Part shown: positions 1-9,400 of the stretch, piece after piece
How positions within the stretch are numbered: position 1 is the first letter of the stretch
How the letters are laid out: each line of letters starts with the position of its first letter
DNA from: a virus
Taxonomy: Duplodnaviria; Caudoviricetes
Strand: one strand, 5' to 3'
IMG/VR virus record: IMGVR_UViG_3300017766_001981
Location: 1-29,768 of that record
DNA: 29,768 bases
Notes under the pieces: generated by a model
What the model saw: only the letters and a program-made list of their open reading frames with translations
What the model was told of the DNA's origin: nothing
Database searches by the model: none
Program-made: the position numbers and the translations under genes

Positions 1-2508
1 CAGGTATCTAACTAAACTGGCAGGATTATTTTTGTCGGTGATTAAACTTTCAATTTTAGAATCTATAGTTTTATTATCTTCAAATGGTTTATCCAAATTA
101 AATATGGAACCCATCATACCAATTATTCCACTTTTTTCTCCCTCAAGAGATTCTATTCTTGCTGCTTGTTTATCCATATTTGGAATATACAAATTAGAAT
201 TATGTGTAAAATCATAATTTGAATTTAAATCTGAATTCAGCATACTAATTGATTCTGATATTCTTGAATTTTGTTCAGATCCAAAAATATCAGATGTCAT
301 AAAATCTATTGTTTTATTTATTTCAGGGATTCCAGAAGTACCAGATGTTCCTGATGTTCCACTGGTTCCTGATGTTCCACTAGTTCCAGAAGTACCAGAT
401 GTTCCTGATGTTCCACTGGTTCCTGATGTTCCACTAGTCCCAGAAGTACCCGATGTTCCTGATGTTCCACTAGTTCCAGAAGTACCAGAAGTACCAGAAG
501 TACCCGATGTTCCTGATGTTCCACTAGTTCCAGAAGTACCAGAAGTACCAGAAGTACCAGAAGTACCAGATGTACCAGAAGTACCAGAAGTACCAGATGT
601 ACCACGGGTTCCTGATGTTCCTGATGTTCCACTGGTTCCTGATGTTCCACTAGTTCCAGAAGTACCAGAAGTACCAGAAGTACCAGAAGTACCAGATGTA
701 CCACGGGTTCCTGATGTTCCTGATGTTCCACTGGTTCCACTGGTTCCAGAAGTACCAGATGTTCCACTAGTTCCACTAGTTCCAGAAGTACCAGAAGTAC
801 CAGAAGTACCAGAAGTACCAGATGTACCACGGGTTCCTGATGTTCCACTAGTACCAGAAGTACCTGATGTTACTCTGCTGTTGTTATTATTAGAAGATGT
901 ATCATTAAACTCAATATAACTATCTCTTTGTCCTTCATTAAATGAAATATCTTTAATTTTATTGAATACTCTTTCATTGAATACATCAACATTTGTATCA
1001 ATATCATAATTGTTTAGATTTGGTGAATCTTTAAGATAGTCAGAAGTTAAATTTCTAGTAAACTCCATCACATCAGAATTTGATTGATTTGCTGCATTCT
1101 CAAGAATTGTAAATTCTCTAGAATTTAACGGAGAACCATCTTCTTTTGTAGACAGTATATTATTTTCAACTACCTTTGTTGCTGCAAGAGGAAGAGTTGT
1201 TTTTATATATTGATCTGCTTCTTTATTACCAGCACTTTTAGCAATATTAAAATAATCTATTGCTTTTATTGGATCGTATTCTGGACTATCTTTATTAATT
1301 AAATTTTTACCAATATTTAATGCTTCGGTTGTAGCATTTTGCTTAAAATCCTTTATTTCTTTTATTCGTTTATCATTAAATCCAAAATAATTTTTAATAT
1401 CTACACTTAATTTATCACCTTCTTCTTGCGTCAATCCATATTTGTAATTATTATTTTCATCTTTAGCAAACATATTTTCAATAAAATCCAATTGCCTAGA
1501 TTGTACTGATAATTTTTGATCCTGACGCATATCTGGCATATTTGTCAGACCATCATCACTAAATGAAATATTATCTACAGTATTAATCATTATGTTATTA
1601 GCAACATTTTTTAATACTGTATCATAATTCTCATTTGCTTGATTATGTCTTTCAAATACTCTATTGGTTAAGTGAAAGTCTTCACCACCAATTGCTTTCC
1701 ATGCTAAATCAAATGCACCTCTCCAAGAATCTTTTAATAAACTAGGTGTGCTATCCTGTGCATTTTGATTTGCAGATTGTAGCATTCCAACCATGAGTTG
1801 AGATGCAATTTCATTATTTGGTGTTGTAAGTTTCCATTCACTATCTGTTTTGATTGGATTCAGTTCAGATAGTGATAATTCACCACCTTCTTCAAATATT
1901 TGTGTATTTGTTTTATTATTTGTATTTGAAAAATATGTAAATCTTTTATTACTACTATTAGAACCAAATGATATATTTTTTGGATCTGAAGTTATATACT
2001 GTTTATTTTGCTTATTGGTGGTATTCTTATTTGTATTAACAATGCTTGATGTGAATGCACTATTCTGTCCATTTTGTATTGTTGTATCTAATGCAGAGAA
2101 TGGTACAATATTAGAACTAATATTAGTTGCATTTTGGTTTCCAATTGACGAAGATGAGATTAAATTAGAAGATTTATTTGATTCGTCTGTAAATTGTATT
2201 GATCCGTCAGAATCTCTTGGTTGAAATTGTTCTGAATAATTTTTTTTTATTTCTGCTGGATTAGTTGTAGATGACAATATTCCATTTACTGTTTTTTCTA
2301 TATTTTTTTGAATTAGATTTTGATCAACTGCAATATTTACATTTACATTTGGACCCTGTTGTACAATAGTCTGTCCAGAATTAACAGCATCAGATGCTGG
2401 AGCTTTATCTATTCCATTGACCAAATCTGTTTGTTGTGTATCCATTAAAACAGATCCAGAAAAAAGATCTCCAAGTAATTGCTGTGTTAATTCTTTTTTA
2501 TCGTCCAT
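1..2508 (-). CDS. Large virion-associated protein in the tape-measure/gp29-like position, with a (Thr-Ser-Gly)60 tract; partial, runs off the left edge
   Basis: Absent from the ORF track because no stop lies in the window. Translated by hand from the ATG at 2508, which overlaps the gp51-like TAA (TAATG): MDDKKELTQQLLGDLFSGSVLMD...(TSG)n...NPASLVRYL, 836 codons with no stop. N/S/T-rich, with a probably helical middle (DSWRGAFDLAWKAIGGED). Function inferred only from its position after gp26/gp51. Confidence 0.6.
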   Translation of the reverse strand, partial: MDDKKELTQQLLGDLFSGSVLMDTQQTDLVNGIDKAPASDAVNSGQTIVQQGPNVNVNIAVDQNLIQKNIEKTVNGILSSTTNPAEIKKNYSEQFQPRDSDGSIQFTDESNKSSNLISSSSIGNQNATNISSNIVPFSALDTTIQNGQNSAFTSSIVNTNKNTTNKQNKQYITSDPKNISFGSNSSNKRFTYFSNTNNKTNTQIFEEGGELSLSELNPIKTDSEWKLTTPNNEIASQLMVGMLQSANQNAQDSTPSLLKDSWRGAFDLAWKAIGGEDFHLTNRVFERHNQANENYDTVLKNVANNIMINTVDNISFSDDGLTNMPDMRQDQKLSVQSRQLDFIENMFAKDENNNYKYGLTQEEGDKLSVDIKNYFGFNDKRIKEIKDFKQNATTEALNIGKNLINKDSPEYDPIKAIDYFNIAKSAGNKEADQYIKTTLPLAATKVVENNILSTKEDGSPLNSREFTILENAANQSNSDVMEFTRNLTSDYLKDSPNLNNYDIDTNVDVFNERVFNKIKDISFNEGQRDSYIEFNDTSSNNNNSRVTSGTSGTSGTSGTRGTSGTSGTSGTSGTSGTSGTSGTSGTSGTSGTSGTSGTSGTRGTSGTSGTSGTSGTSGTSGTSGTSGTSGTSGTRGTSGTSGTSGTSGTSGTSGTSGTSGTSGTSGTSGTSGTSGTSGTSGTSGTSGTSGTSGTSGTSGTSGTSGTSGTSGTSGTSGTSGTSGTSGIPEINKTIDFMTSDIFGSEQNSRISESISMLNSDLNSNYDFTHNSNLYIPNMDKQAARIESLEGEKSGIIGMMGSIFNLDKPFEDNKTIDSKIESLITDKNNPASLVRYL
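331..870 (-). repeat. 9-bp coding tandem repeat, 60 units encoding T-S-G (three units T-R-G)
   Basis: 540 bp of units such as ACT TCT GGT, ACA TCA GGA and ACT AGT GGA on the minus strand; variation is almost all synonymous. Higher-order duplication is visible: the block starting accacgggttcc recurs at ~601, ~700 and ~826. Confidence 0.95.
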
Positions 2509-2693
2509 TAGAATCTTCTTCCTCTATTAAGTTCGTTTTGTCTTGCTTCCAATTCCAATTTTTCCAAATATTGCCCTAGTCGTTCTACATACAAATCTCT
2601 TTCCCATGGAATCATGCTTTCTATTTCACTTAACGATAATTTATGAATATAAAGTAGCGTAAAGTTCAATTCATAAAGCGAAAAGAGATTCAT
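2508..2693 (-). CDS. gp51: T4-like gp51-family baseplate hub assembly protein; possibly expressed as a -1 frameshift extension of gp26
   Basis: Motif NFTLLYIHKLSLSEIESMIPWERDLYV matches the pattern NFxLxxxHKxSLxExExMxPWERxxY of gp51-like proteins in T4-like phages; it lies directly downstream of gp26. Confidence 0.8.
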   Translation of the reverse strand: MNLFSLYELNFTLLYIHKLSLSEIESMIPWERDLYVERLGQYLEKLELEARQNELNRGRRF

Positions 2694-2704
2694 GTAACTA
2701 AGGC

Positions 2705-3418
2705 TTAACGAAAAAAATCTCGGATACCTCTTAATATTATCTTTCTTTCCATTCCATCTTTAGTCGTATAATAAACTTCATGCTCTATTTTTGGTGCTTT
2801 TAAGAAAAAATTCAATATCAATTCATACTGAGTTCTTGTCAAATTTTCTATAAATTCATTTAACAAAGATGACGACAGTGATTCATTTGTGATCAGTTCA
2901 TCTGGTGTTTGTATAGATTCAATTGAATAAAGAACCATATCATAGAGATCAATATTTCCATTATTGGATTTTGTTGTATTTTCAATTAAAAATTCAAATG
3001 TTGGATATCTCATATTCACAATCAATTCATTAGATAATTTAATATTTTTTGAATTTTCCTGTTTTTTGACTTCTATTTCATTTAGTCTAACTTCTATATT
3101 TTTAATTCTTTCTCCTGTTGTCGGACAGTCAAACGAGATGACAACTGTTTCAGAAACAGACTTTTCTCTTAGTTTTAAAAACATATATTCAACATCAAAT
3201 ATTGGTAATTTTTTTGCATCTATGTTGTAGCAAGCACTTATAAGTTCAGAAATTGTGATTAGAAAATCTGTATAAGAACCAGTATCCTTTGATAAAAGCA
3301 ATGATTTTTCTTCTTTTACGGTAAATGGTCTATAAATCAAAATAGTATCTTGAGATGATGGTTGTTTTATACTATATTTCGGTAGAGAATTTTTCAATAC
3401 ATTAATAATATCTTTCAT
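2705..3418 (-). CDS. gp26: T4-like gp26 baseplate hub assembly chaperone
   Basis: Motifs LPKY, YRPFTVKEEKSLLL, LPIFDVEYMFLKLREKSVSE, MRYPT, and C-terminal LRGIRDFF typical of gp26. SD AAAGGA lies upstream of the ATG. Confidence 0.88.
   Translation of the reverse strand: MKDIINVLKNSLPKYSIKQPSSQDTILIYRPFTVKEEKSLLLSKDTGSYTDFLITISELISACYNIDAKKLPIFDVEYMFLKLREKSVSETVVISFDCPTTGERIKNIEVRLNEIEVKKQENSKNIKLSNELIVNMRYPTFEFLIENTTKSNNGNIDLYDMVLYSIESIQTPDELITNESLSSSLLNEFIENLTRTQYELILNFFLKAPKIEHEVYYTTKDGMERKIILRGIRDFFR
2711..2717 (-). other. Candidate -1 programmed ribosomal frameshift site, U UUU UUU
   Basis: Minus strand reads GAT TTT TTT CGT TAA in the gp26 frame. The -1 frame reads TTT TTT TCG TTA AGC CTT AGT TAC ATG, in frame with the gp51-like ORF. 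An SD-like GAGGT ends 8 nt upstream of the heptamer. Confidence 0.6.
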
Positions 3419-3442
3419 AGTAATCCTTTATAATAATCAATT

Positions 3443-4123
3443 TTATTCTGCTCGCAGTGATGCAAATTTAAAATTTACAGTAAATGTTGAATATCCAGTT
3501 TCAACTGAAGTCAACTGTGTCGGTTGTATTTGGGTGATATATGCTTCTTCAAATACCAATGTGGTATTTATTTGTAACTTATCTTCTTTTAGTAGACTTA
3601 CAATAACAAATGAACTTTTTATATAATCATCATACTGTGGAGCACCACCTCTGGCATATCCAATATTCTGTGGACTCCTCGTTGATAAAAAATTATCTTG
3701 AATTTCTGAAAAAGATACAGTTTGTTGATCTTCCACAGCAGAAGAAGTATCTTCTCCTTCTACTGTTGGGGATGCTCCACTATTCAAAAGCAAAGATATT
3801 GCATCAGCATCTGACATATAACCAAACGAATTTGATGGTTTTGGGATCAACGAATCCCACAAATTAATAAAATGAGAATAATTATCATTTCCTATTATAA
3901 ATTTAACCTGCAAATCAGTAAATGATTTTCTGAATGGAATTTTTCTTATTATGGACCATATTGAATGTTCTATAGATTCATAACCCAATCCTGGGAGAAT
4001 TATTTCATATGGATATAGAAAAACATTCATAGGACTAAAGAAAAATCTATATCTATTTGTCTGTTGTATGCCAGATCGAAGTATATTCTGTCTGGCATTA
4101 TTCATATCAGTTGATATTAGCAT
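3443..4123 (-). CDS. Tail-tube-fold protein, gp54-like baseplate tail tube initiator (gp19 family)
   Basis: NRYRF...EIILPG...RKIPFRKSFTDLQVKF...YDDY...FEEAYITQIQPTQL...FTVNFKF follows the gp19/gp54 tube-fold pattern. Alternative start at ATG 4105. Confidence 0.65.
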   Translation of the reverse strand: MLISTDMNNARQNILRSGIQQTNRYRFFFSPMNVFLYPYEIILPGLGYESIEHSIWSIIRKIPFRKSFTDLQVKFIIGNDNYSHFINLWDSLIPKPSNSFGYMSDADAISLLLNSGASPTVEGEDTSSAVEDQQTVSFSEIQDNFLSTRSPQNIGYARGGAPQYDDYIKSSFVIVSLLKEDKLQINTTLVFEEAYITQIQPTQLTSVETGYSTFTVNFKFASLRAE

Positions 4124-4550
4124 TAAATAATTCTTTCTCTGTTAAGATTACAAATTCCCAGTCATGTTTTTCGCAAAATTCTTTTGCTGCCTTCCATTTA
4201 GCAGTATTTATAGAATAAGTTAATGCTTCGGTTAGCATTGCCCTTTTTGATTTTTTCTTTTTTGGTTCTTGTGTTTGTTTATATGGTTTTATTTCTATTA
4301 TCGATGTTTTAACAAGACCCTTTGTTGTTTTCTTTTCAATTATGAAATCTGGATAATAAATATGAATATCATTATCTTTTGGTGACAGATATGGGATCTT
4401 AAGAGTCTCAAACGACCATCGCAATATATTTGGATTATTATCTAAAAATTTGCAAAATTTTCTTTCCCATAGAGATCTACATAATATCTTTGTTGGATCT
4501 CCTATATATTTTGTAGGATTAGTAGGAAAATATTTGGTCTTATACGGCAT
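4107..4550 (-). CDS. gp4: T4-like gp4 head completion nuclease (TnsA-like PD-(D/E)XK)
   Basis: PTNPTKYIGDPTKILCRSLWERKFCKFLD, W..E..KIPY, YYPDF, IIEIKP, INTAKWKAAKEFC, FVILTEKEL. Confidence 0.92.
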   Translation of the reverse strand: MPYKTKYFPTNPTKYIGDPTKILCRSLWERKFCKFLDNNPNILRWSFETLKIPYLSPKDNDIHIYYPDFIIEKKTTKGLVKTSIIEIKPYKQTQEPKKKKSKRAMLTEALTYSINTAKWKAAKEFCEKHDWEFVILTEKELFNANIN

Positions 4551-4555
4551 AATAA

Positions 4556-4563
4556 TATTTATA
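4556..4563 (-). promoter_or_regulatory. T4-type late promoter TATAAATA driving the leftward operon
   Basis: Plus-strand TATTTATA at 4556-4563 equals TATAAATA on the minus strand. It lies in the 29-bp divergent gap, 5 nt before the gp4 ATG. Confidence 0.75.
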
Positions 4564-4579
4564 AAGGATAGTCAAATTA

Positions 4580-5500
4580 ATGTCATTAAGTAGCATACCA
4601 TTGCCAAATCTGCCAGGTTACGGAGAAGGTTCTCAATCTTTGGTGTTTCCAGCATCATCTATTCGATCCGAAATACCTATTTTTTTGAAATTCACATGCG
4701 TTGAATATGGACAAAATTCATTACAACGAGCAGGAGGAATAATTAATAGTGGTGGAGTCGGTAATGTTAAAGCATATATTGCTGTTCCATTTCCTTCTAA
4801 ATTTACAACTCAGACTATTATGAGATATGGTCAAGAAGAAAATCCATCAATTATTGGGGCAAACACACAAGCACTAGAACAAGCAACTAAATCCTTTGCA
4901 GAAGCAGCAGCAAAAAAGGCAGCAGGATTTTTTGCTGGAAGTAAAGGATTAGCAATTGCTGGAAGAGCAGCAGGTGCTGCTGGCAAAGCTGTTGGATCAT
5001 TTGGATCTCTATTGGATAGTGATTTCACAGAAACAATTTTAAAATCAGGATCTAAAAGAGTTTTTCAAGTGCAATTGTATCTTCCATGCCTAAATGATGC
5101 TGATTCTAACGCAGCAGCAAATATAACAAGGGCATTTGAAGCACTTGCCCTTCCATCATACGTTGGTATAAATGTTGGAGTTGCTGGAATTGATTTATTC
5201 TTCCACCCACCGATGTGGTTTATAAGTGCTGGAAGGTTAGATAGCATCCAAAACGATTTTAGATGGACAAGTCAACCACAGGCATCGGTATTAACAAATG
5301 TTGCTGTTAATAGAATAGCAATAGATGCTCCTGCACTTACAGCACTTAATACTGGTTCTCCATTAGCATACAGTGTGACTTTAAACTTTCAAGAAATAGA
5401 GGCATCTGTTAGACCAGTTGGCAAAGGATTCACTATTCTTAATAGATCAGCAGCAGGATTGAGTAACACTGGATCTGTTGGTTCATTCCTTGGGGGATAA
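4580..5500 (+). CDS. gp48: T4-like gp48 baseplate tail tube cap
   Basis: LVFP...FLKF...IAVPFP, Ala/Gly-rich middle, E..LK....RVFQ, FFHPP, VLTNVAVN, P.AYSVTLNFQEIE. Precedes gp53; SD AAGGA at 4564-4568. Confidence 0.72.
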   Translation: MSLSSIPLPNLPGYGEGSQSLVFPASSIRSEIPIFLKFTCVEYGQNSLQRAGGIINSGGVGNVKAYIAVPFPSKFTTQTIMRYGQEENPSIIGANTQALEQATKSFAEAAAKKAAGFFAGSKGLAIAGRAAGAAGKAVGSFGSLLDSDFTETILKSGSKRVFQVQLYLPCLNDADSNAAANITRAFEALALPSYVGINVGVAGIDLFFHPPMWFISAGRLDSIQNDFRWTSQPQASVLTNVAVNRIAIDAPALTALNTGSPLAYSVTLNFQEIEASVRPVGKGFTILNRSAAGLSNTGSVGSFLGG

Positions 5501-6451
5501 ATGCTTTTTAAAAAATATCCAAAAATAACATATCAAATAGGTTCACGAAAAGTAGAACTATGTGATATTTTGACTAGAGTTACATTTTTGCAAAATTATA
5601 GTTCAGAAAAAGCATTTGATGAATACTATATCCAAAGTGGAGAAACCCCAGAGGATGTATCATTTAAGATATATGCATCCGAAGCATATAGTTGGATTGT
5701 TCTAATGGTAAATAATATAATATCAGAAGATCAATGGTATTCTGGTGATGAAAAACTAACAAATATTATTGCTACTAATTATTACGGTGAATCTTATTAT
5801 ATTACTAATTTACCAGATTTAATGACAGGAGATGTTATGGTCAAAGTCGCAACATCTTCTCTGGGAGAACCGTTGGCAATCGATGAAACAACATACAGAA
5901 TTATTCATAATTTTGATAAAAATTATAGAATGGTATGGGGCAGTTATGGAAGTGGTCTATTTTCGCAAGGTGACGAAATTTTGTTTGCCAGAAAAAATAA
6001 TCAGACGGGATCTTTAGATATCTTAAATTTTATTAGTAGTGATATCACTGCATCACCTATTAAAGTAACAGAAATAAAATTAATAGAACAAAGAAAAGAT
6101 AGTCCAATCTATTTTAAAAATAACAATAATGTAGTTATTTCTCCATATTCAATATATCAGAATAGCATACTTCAACGAGAATCAGTGCCTTCTGATGTAA
6201 TCTATACAGATCCAGCAGATACAGAAACAACAGAAAACTTTGGATTGACTTTGCTCTATTCCTATATGACAACTGGTTCACTTCCAACTGGACTACAGAA
6301 ATATACATTTGAAAACCAAGAGATAAATAATTACAAGAAAAATGAAAAAATTAAGGTATTGAAACCAGAATACTTGCAAACAACAGTGGATACAATTAAA
6401 AATCTACTAACAAGTAATGAAATAGGAAAAAGAATTATAATTGGATTCTAA
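5501..6451 (+). CDS. gp53: T4-like gp53 baseplate wedge protein (LysM-like)
   Basis: F.KYPKI.Y start, FDEYYIQSGETPEDVSFKIY...YSWIVLMVNNI...QW, and C-terminal E...N.....IKVLKPEYL. Confidence 0.88.
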   Translation: MLFKKYPKITYQIGSRKVELCDILTRVTFLQNYSSEKAFDEYYIQSGETPEDVSFKIYASEAYSWIVLMVNNIISEDQWYSGDEKLTNIIATNYYGESYYITNLPDLMTGDVMVKVATSSLGEPLAIDETTYRIIHNFDKNYRMVWGSYGSGLFSQGDEILFARKNNQTGSLDILNFISSDITASPIKVTEIKLIEQRKDSPIYFKNNNNVVISPYSIYQNSILQRESVPSDVIYTDPADTETTENFGLTLLYSYMTTGSLPTGLQKYTFENQEINNYKKNEKIKVLKPEYLQTTVDTIKNLLTSNEIGKRIIIGF

Positions 6452-6452
6452 T

Positions 6453-9400
6453 ATGAATAATGAATTGTATTCACAGATAGCAAATAAAAATATACCATCC
6501 GAGTCTGATGGGCAAATAAGTAAAAGTATTCTAGAAACAAAACTTCAAAAATTATCAATTTCAAAGAAAAAAGAAAATGATGATGGAAGTAATTCAACGG
6601 AATCATTTGATATAATTCCATGGACATCTGATAATTTTTCATCGAATCCATTCATAAGTTTAACTTTCAATGAATCTATGTTCAGTCCATTTATGTTTGG
6701 TACTCTTTTTTTATATGATTATTTAAATTGGGGAGATGAATTTATATTAAATGGAACTGAAAAGATAGAAATAGGTTGTCAGGAACCAATAGTTGGATCA
6801 GAAACAGAATCACAATGTGTTATCTATTCATTTAATGTATTTAACATAACAAAGATAACTGATGAAGCAAAAATTGATATACGGCACTCTAAAGTAGAAC
6901 CAGCATCTATATGGAAAATTGATTTCACTTCAGAAGATATATTTAAATCAAATTTTAATAAAACATATCTTGAAACATTAGATGATTTCGTTGGTTATAT
7001 TGCAGCAGATCCGCAAACAACTAATCAACAGAATACTGATACACCAAAGGGATTGGTAAATGAAATTTTCACTAAATTTAATTTAACTCCCTCTCATATA
7101 GAACCAACCCAAAATGGAATTTGGTTAAAATATGATAATTTATCTTGGCCTTGGATGAAAAGAAAAGGTCAAATGAAATTAATTCAATTGATGAATTATA
7201 TTTCATCATATGCCGTATCAAAAAATAATCCAAATGCAGTAAATTATTTATTCTGGCACGATAGGGATGGATGGCATTTTGAAAGTATTGAAAAACTATT
7301 AAAGGATCAACCAGAATCAGTAGATGGTTTTTTGGTCACATATCAAACATATAATCCAAATAGAATATATGAAATACAAGTAGAAAAACAATTTACAGTT
7401 CCAGAACTATATGATAATGGATCTCTATTTTCACATTATACTAGAGTGGATCCAGACTATAGCAACCCATACTTGGATTTTGTTGATACTAATTACGGAT
7501 TTACATACTCAGAGGTAATCTACGATTACAATAAAGATTATAATTCATGGAAACACTTAGATAAAAATAAGATTATATCTGAAAATTTTGATCTTGGAAT
7601 CACAAATGAAATTGGTCTATTGAAGCAATCATCAAAAGTAGATGATCTAGTATACGGTTACATGAGTCAGAATCCTCTGAATACACCATTTCCTCAATCT
7701 TGGGATAATATTGGTAAAACATTATCTGGACCGTGGAGTAAAACTGCTTGGCAACCTCAATATGATTTAACAAATCTGAAATTAAGTGAATTTTATAAAA
7801 TTCACACCAAAATTAGAAAAACACTAAAATCCAAAAGAGAAGAGTATAATAGAAAAAAGAATATAAAAAGAAAATGGGAAACTTTTAGATGTTCAGTGTG
7901 TTGTCATGAAGATGGTGCTCTTGGATCTACTGCCGATATAGAATTATTAAATAATCCTGGTCCAATCGACGGAATTACTTATGCTCAATTATTTGGACCA
8001 ACAGGAGTGTTTGCTGAATTTGACCAGGAATATAAAGTAGTTGCTGCTGGATCATTTAGTGATCAAATAAATTATGATTCTGGAATTACATTCTATAATG
8101 GATTAACACTTTCATATAATTTAAATGAATATCCATACAATCAAAAAATAGGTGAATTTTACAATCTTAAGCAAGACATGACATCATATGTTAATGGTGT
8201 GATCGACAGAGCAATAAATCAATATAATATATTATTAAGTAGAATACAGACCAGAAAAGGCGATTTAAATACATTTTTATCTAAAGTTGGTCAATATAAA
8301 ACAAAAGCAGATGCTATATTTCTGTCATCATTAAAAGATAAAGTATCTAAAACAAAACGACCAATAGATTTGATTCAAGGATACCGTTATATTGGAGATG
8401 AGATACCTGGAGATGTGTTACTTGAATGGCCTATACACGAATATGAATTCGGATTAGTTCCATCAACATCAATTCCAATCAATAAAGGTGTAGGTCAAGT
8501 AAAATTTAGCAATAGTGCATCATCTCAGTCATTTAATGGTCCAAATGACAGTGGTAATGATATTACATTCAGAGGAATACAATGTCCATCTGGAAAAGGT
8601 GGATGGATATGTTCTCCTGCTGGTGGGGATGTTTGTATAGATGTTGGTGGTTGCGATGGTTATGCAACACAGTTTCAATGCAATTTATCTTGTTTTTCTT
8701 CTCCACCGCCTCCATCAGAACCATTATATTCATGTAGCAATGGTTCTTGCATAGAATCTGCATTTGGAACAAATTTAGAAACATGTAATTCAACTTGCGG
8801 AAATCAAACATCACCTCCATGGGAACCATTTCCACAAACTTTATATGTTTGTGATTTTTTAACAAATAATTGTGTTCCAAGTAATATTTCAGGTGTTGGA
8901 AGTTTATTAGAAAATTGCCAAGCAGAATGCAGTTCTAACGGAGCCCCAGGAGGAGCATCTAATGGTGATTGTGCTAGTGGTGGAGTAAATTGTACTGGAT
9001 ATTCATGTTATTATGGATCATGTCTTCCAATAACATGTCAACCAGGCATTGATTGCATATCATATGATGAATGTCTTTCTATTTGCGGTGATGGATTTGG
9101 TGGTGGTGGAGGTGGCGGTGGAGGTGGAGGCGGAGGTGGCGGTGGACCACCAGGACCACCAGGACCACCAGGACCACCAGGACCACCAGGACCACCAGGA
9201 CCAATTGGACCGACAGGACCAACGGGACCAACGGGAGCAACGGGAGCAACGGGAGCAACGGGAGCAACTGGACCAACAGGACCATCTGCACTTCCAACAG
9301 AAGAAGATATTGTTACTGTACAAATACCAACAGAATGCTCTAACGATAAGGTCATCAGAGGATATATTCGTTATGCTACAGATCAATCTGCTTCTCAGTT

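Noticed and set aside
318-848. 176-aa ORF of LVL/EHQ repeats
   Set aside because: Alternate-frame shadow of the 9-bp TSG repeat; the real frame is the 1..2508 ORF.
331-870. Possible CRISPR array
   Set aside because: Contiguous 9-bp units with no unique spacers, in frame within a CDS.
2240-2248. A9 run (minus strand) as a slippage site
   Set aside because: The ORF continues in frame, and such runs are expected in AT-rich DNA.
2640-2677. 9-bp inverted repeat TTTATGAAT/ATTCATAAA as a frameshift stimulator or terminator
   Set aside because: AT-rich stem with a 20-nt loop, about 33 nt from the heptamer. Too weak and too distant to claim.
1850-3867. Plus-strand ORFs at 1850, 2964 and 3610, and the many short antisense ORFs in the rightward block
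   Set aside because: They lie antisense or out of frame within well-supported genes and have no recognisable motifs.
4107-4550. TnsA-like transposase or homing endonuclease
   Set aside because: Motifs and context fit the gp4 head-completion protein; no other transposon genes or ends are present.
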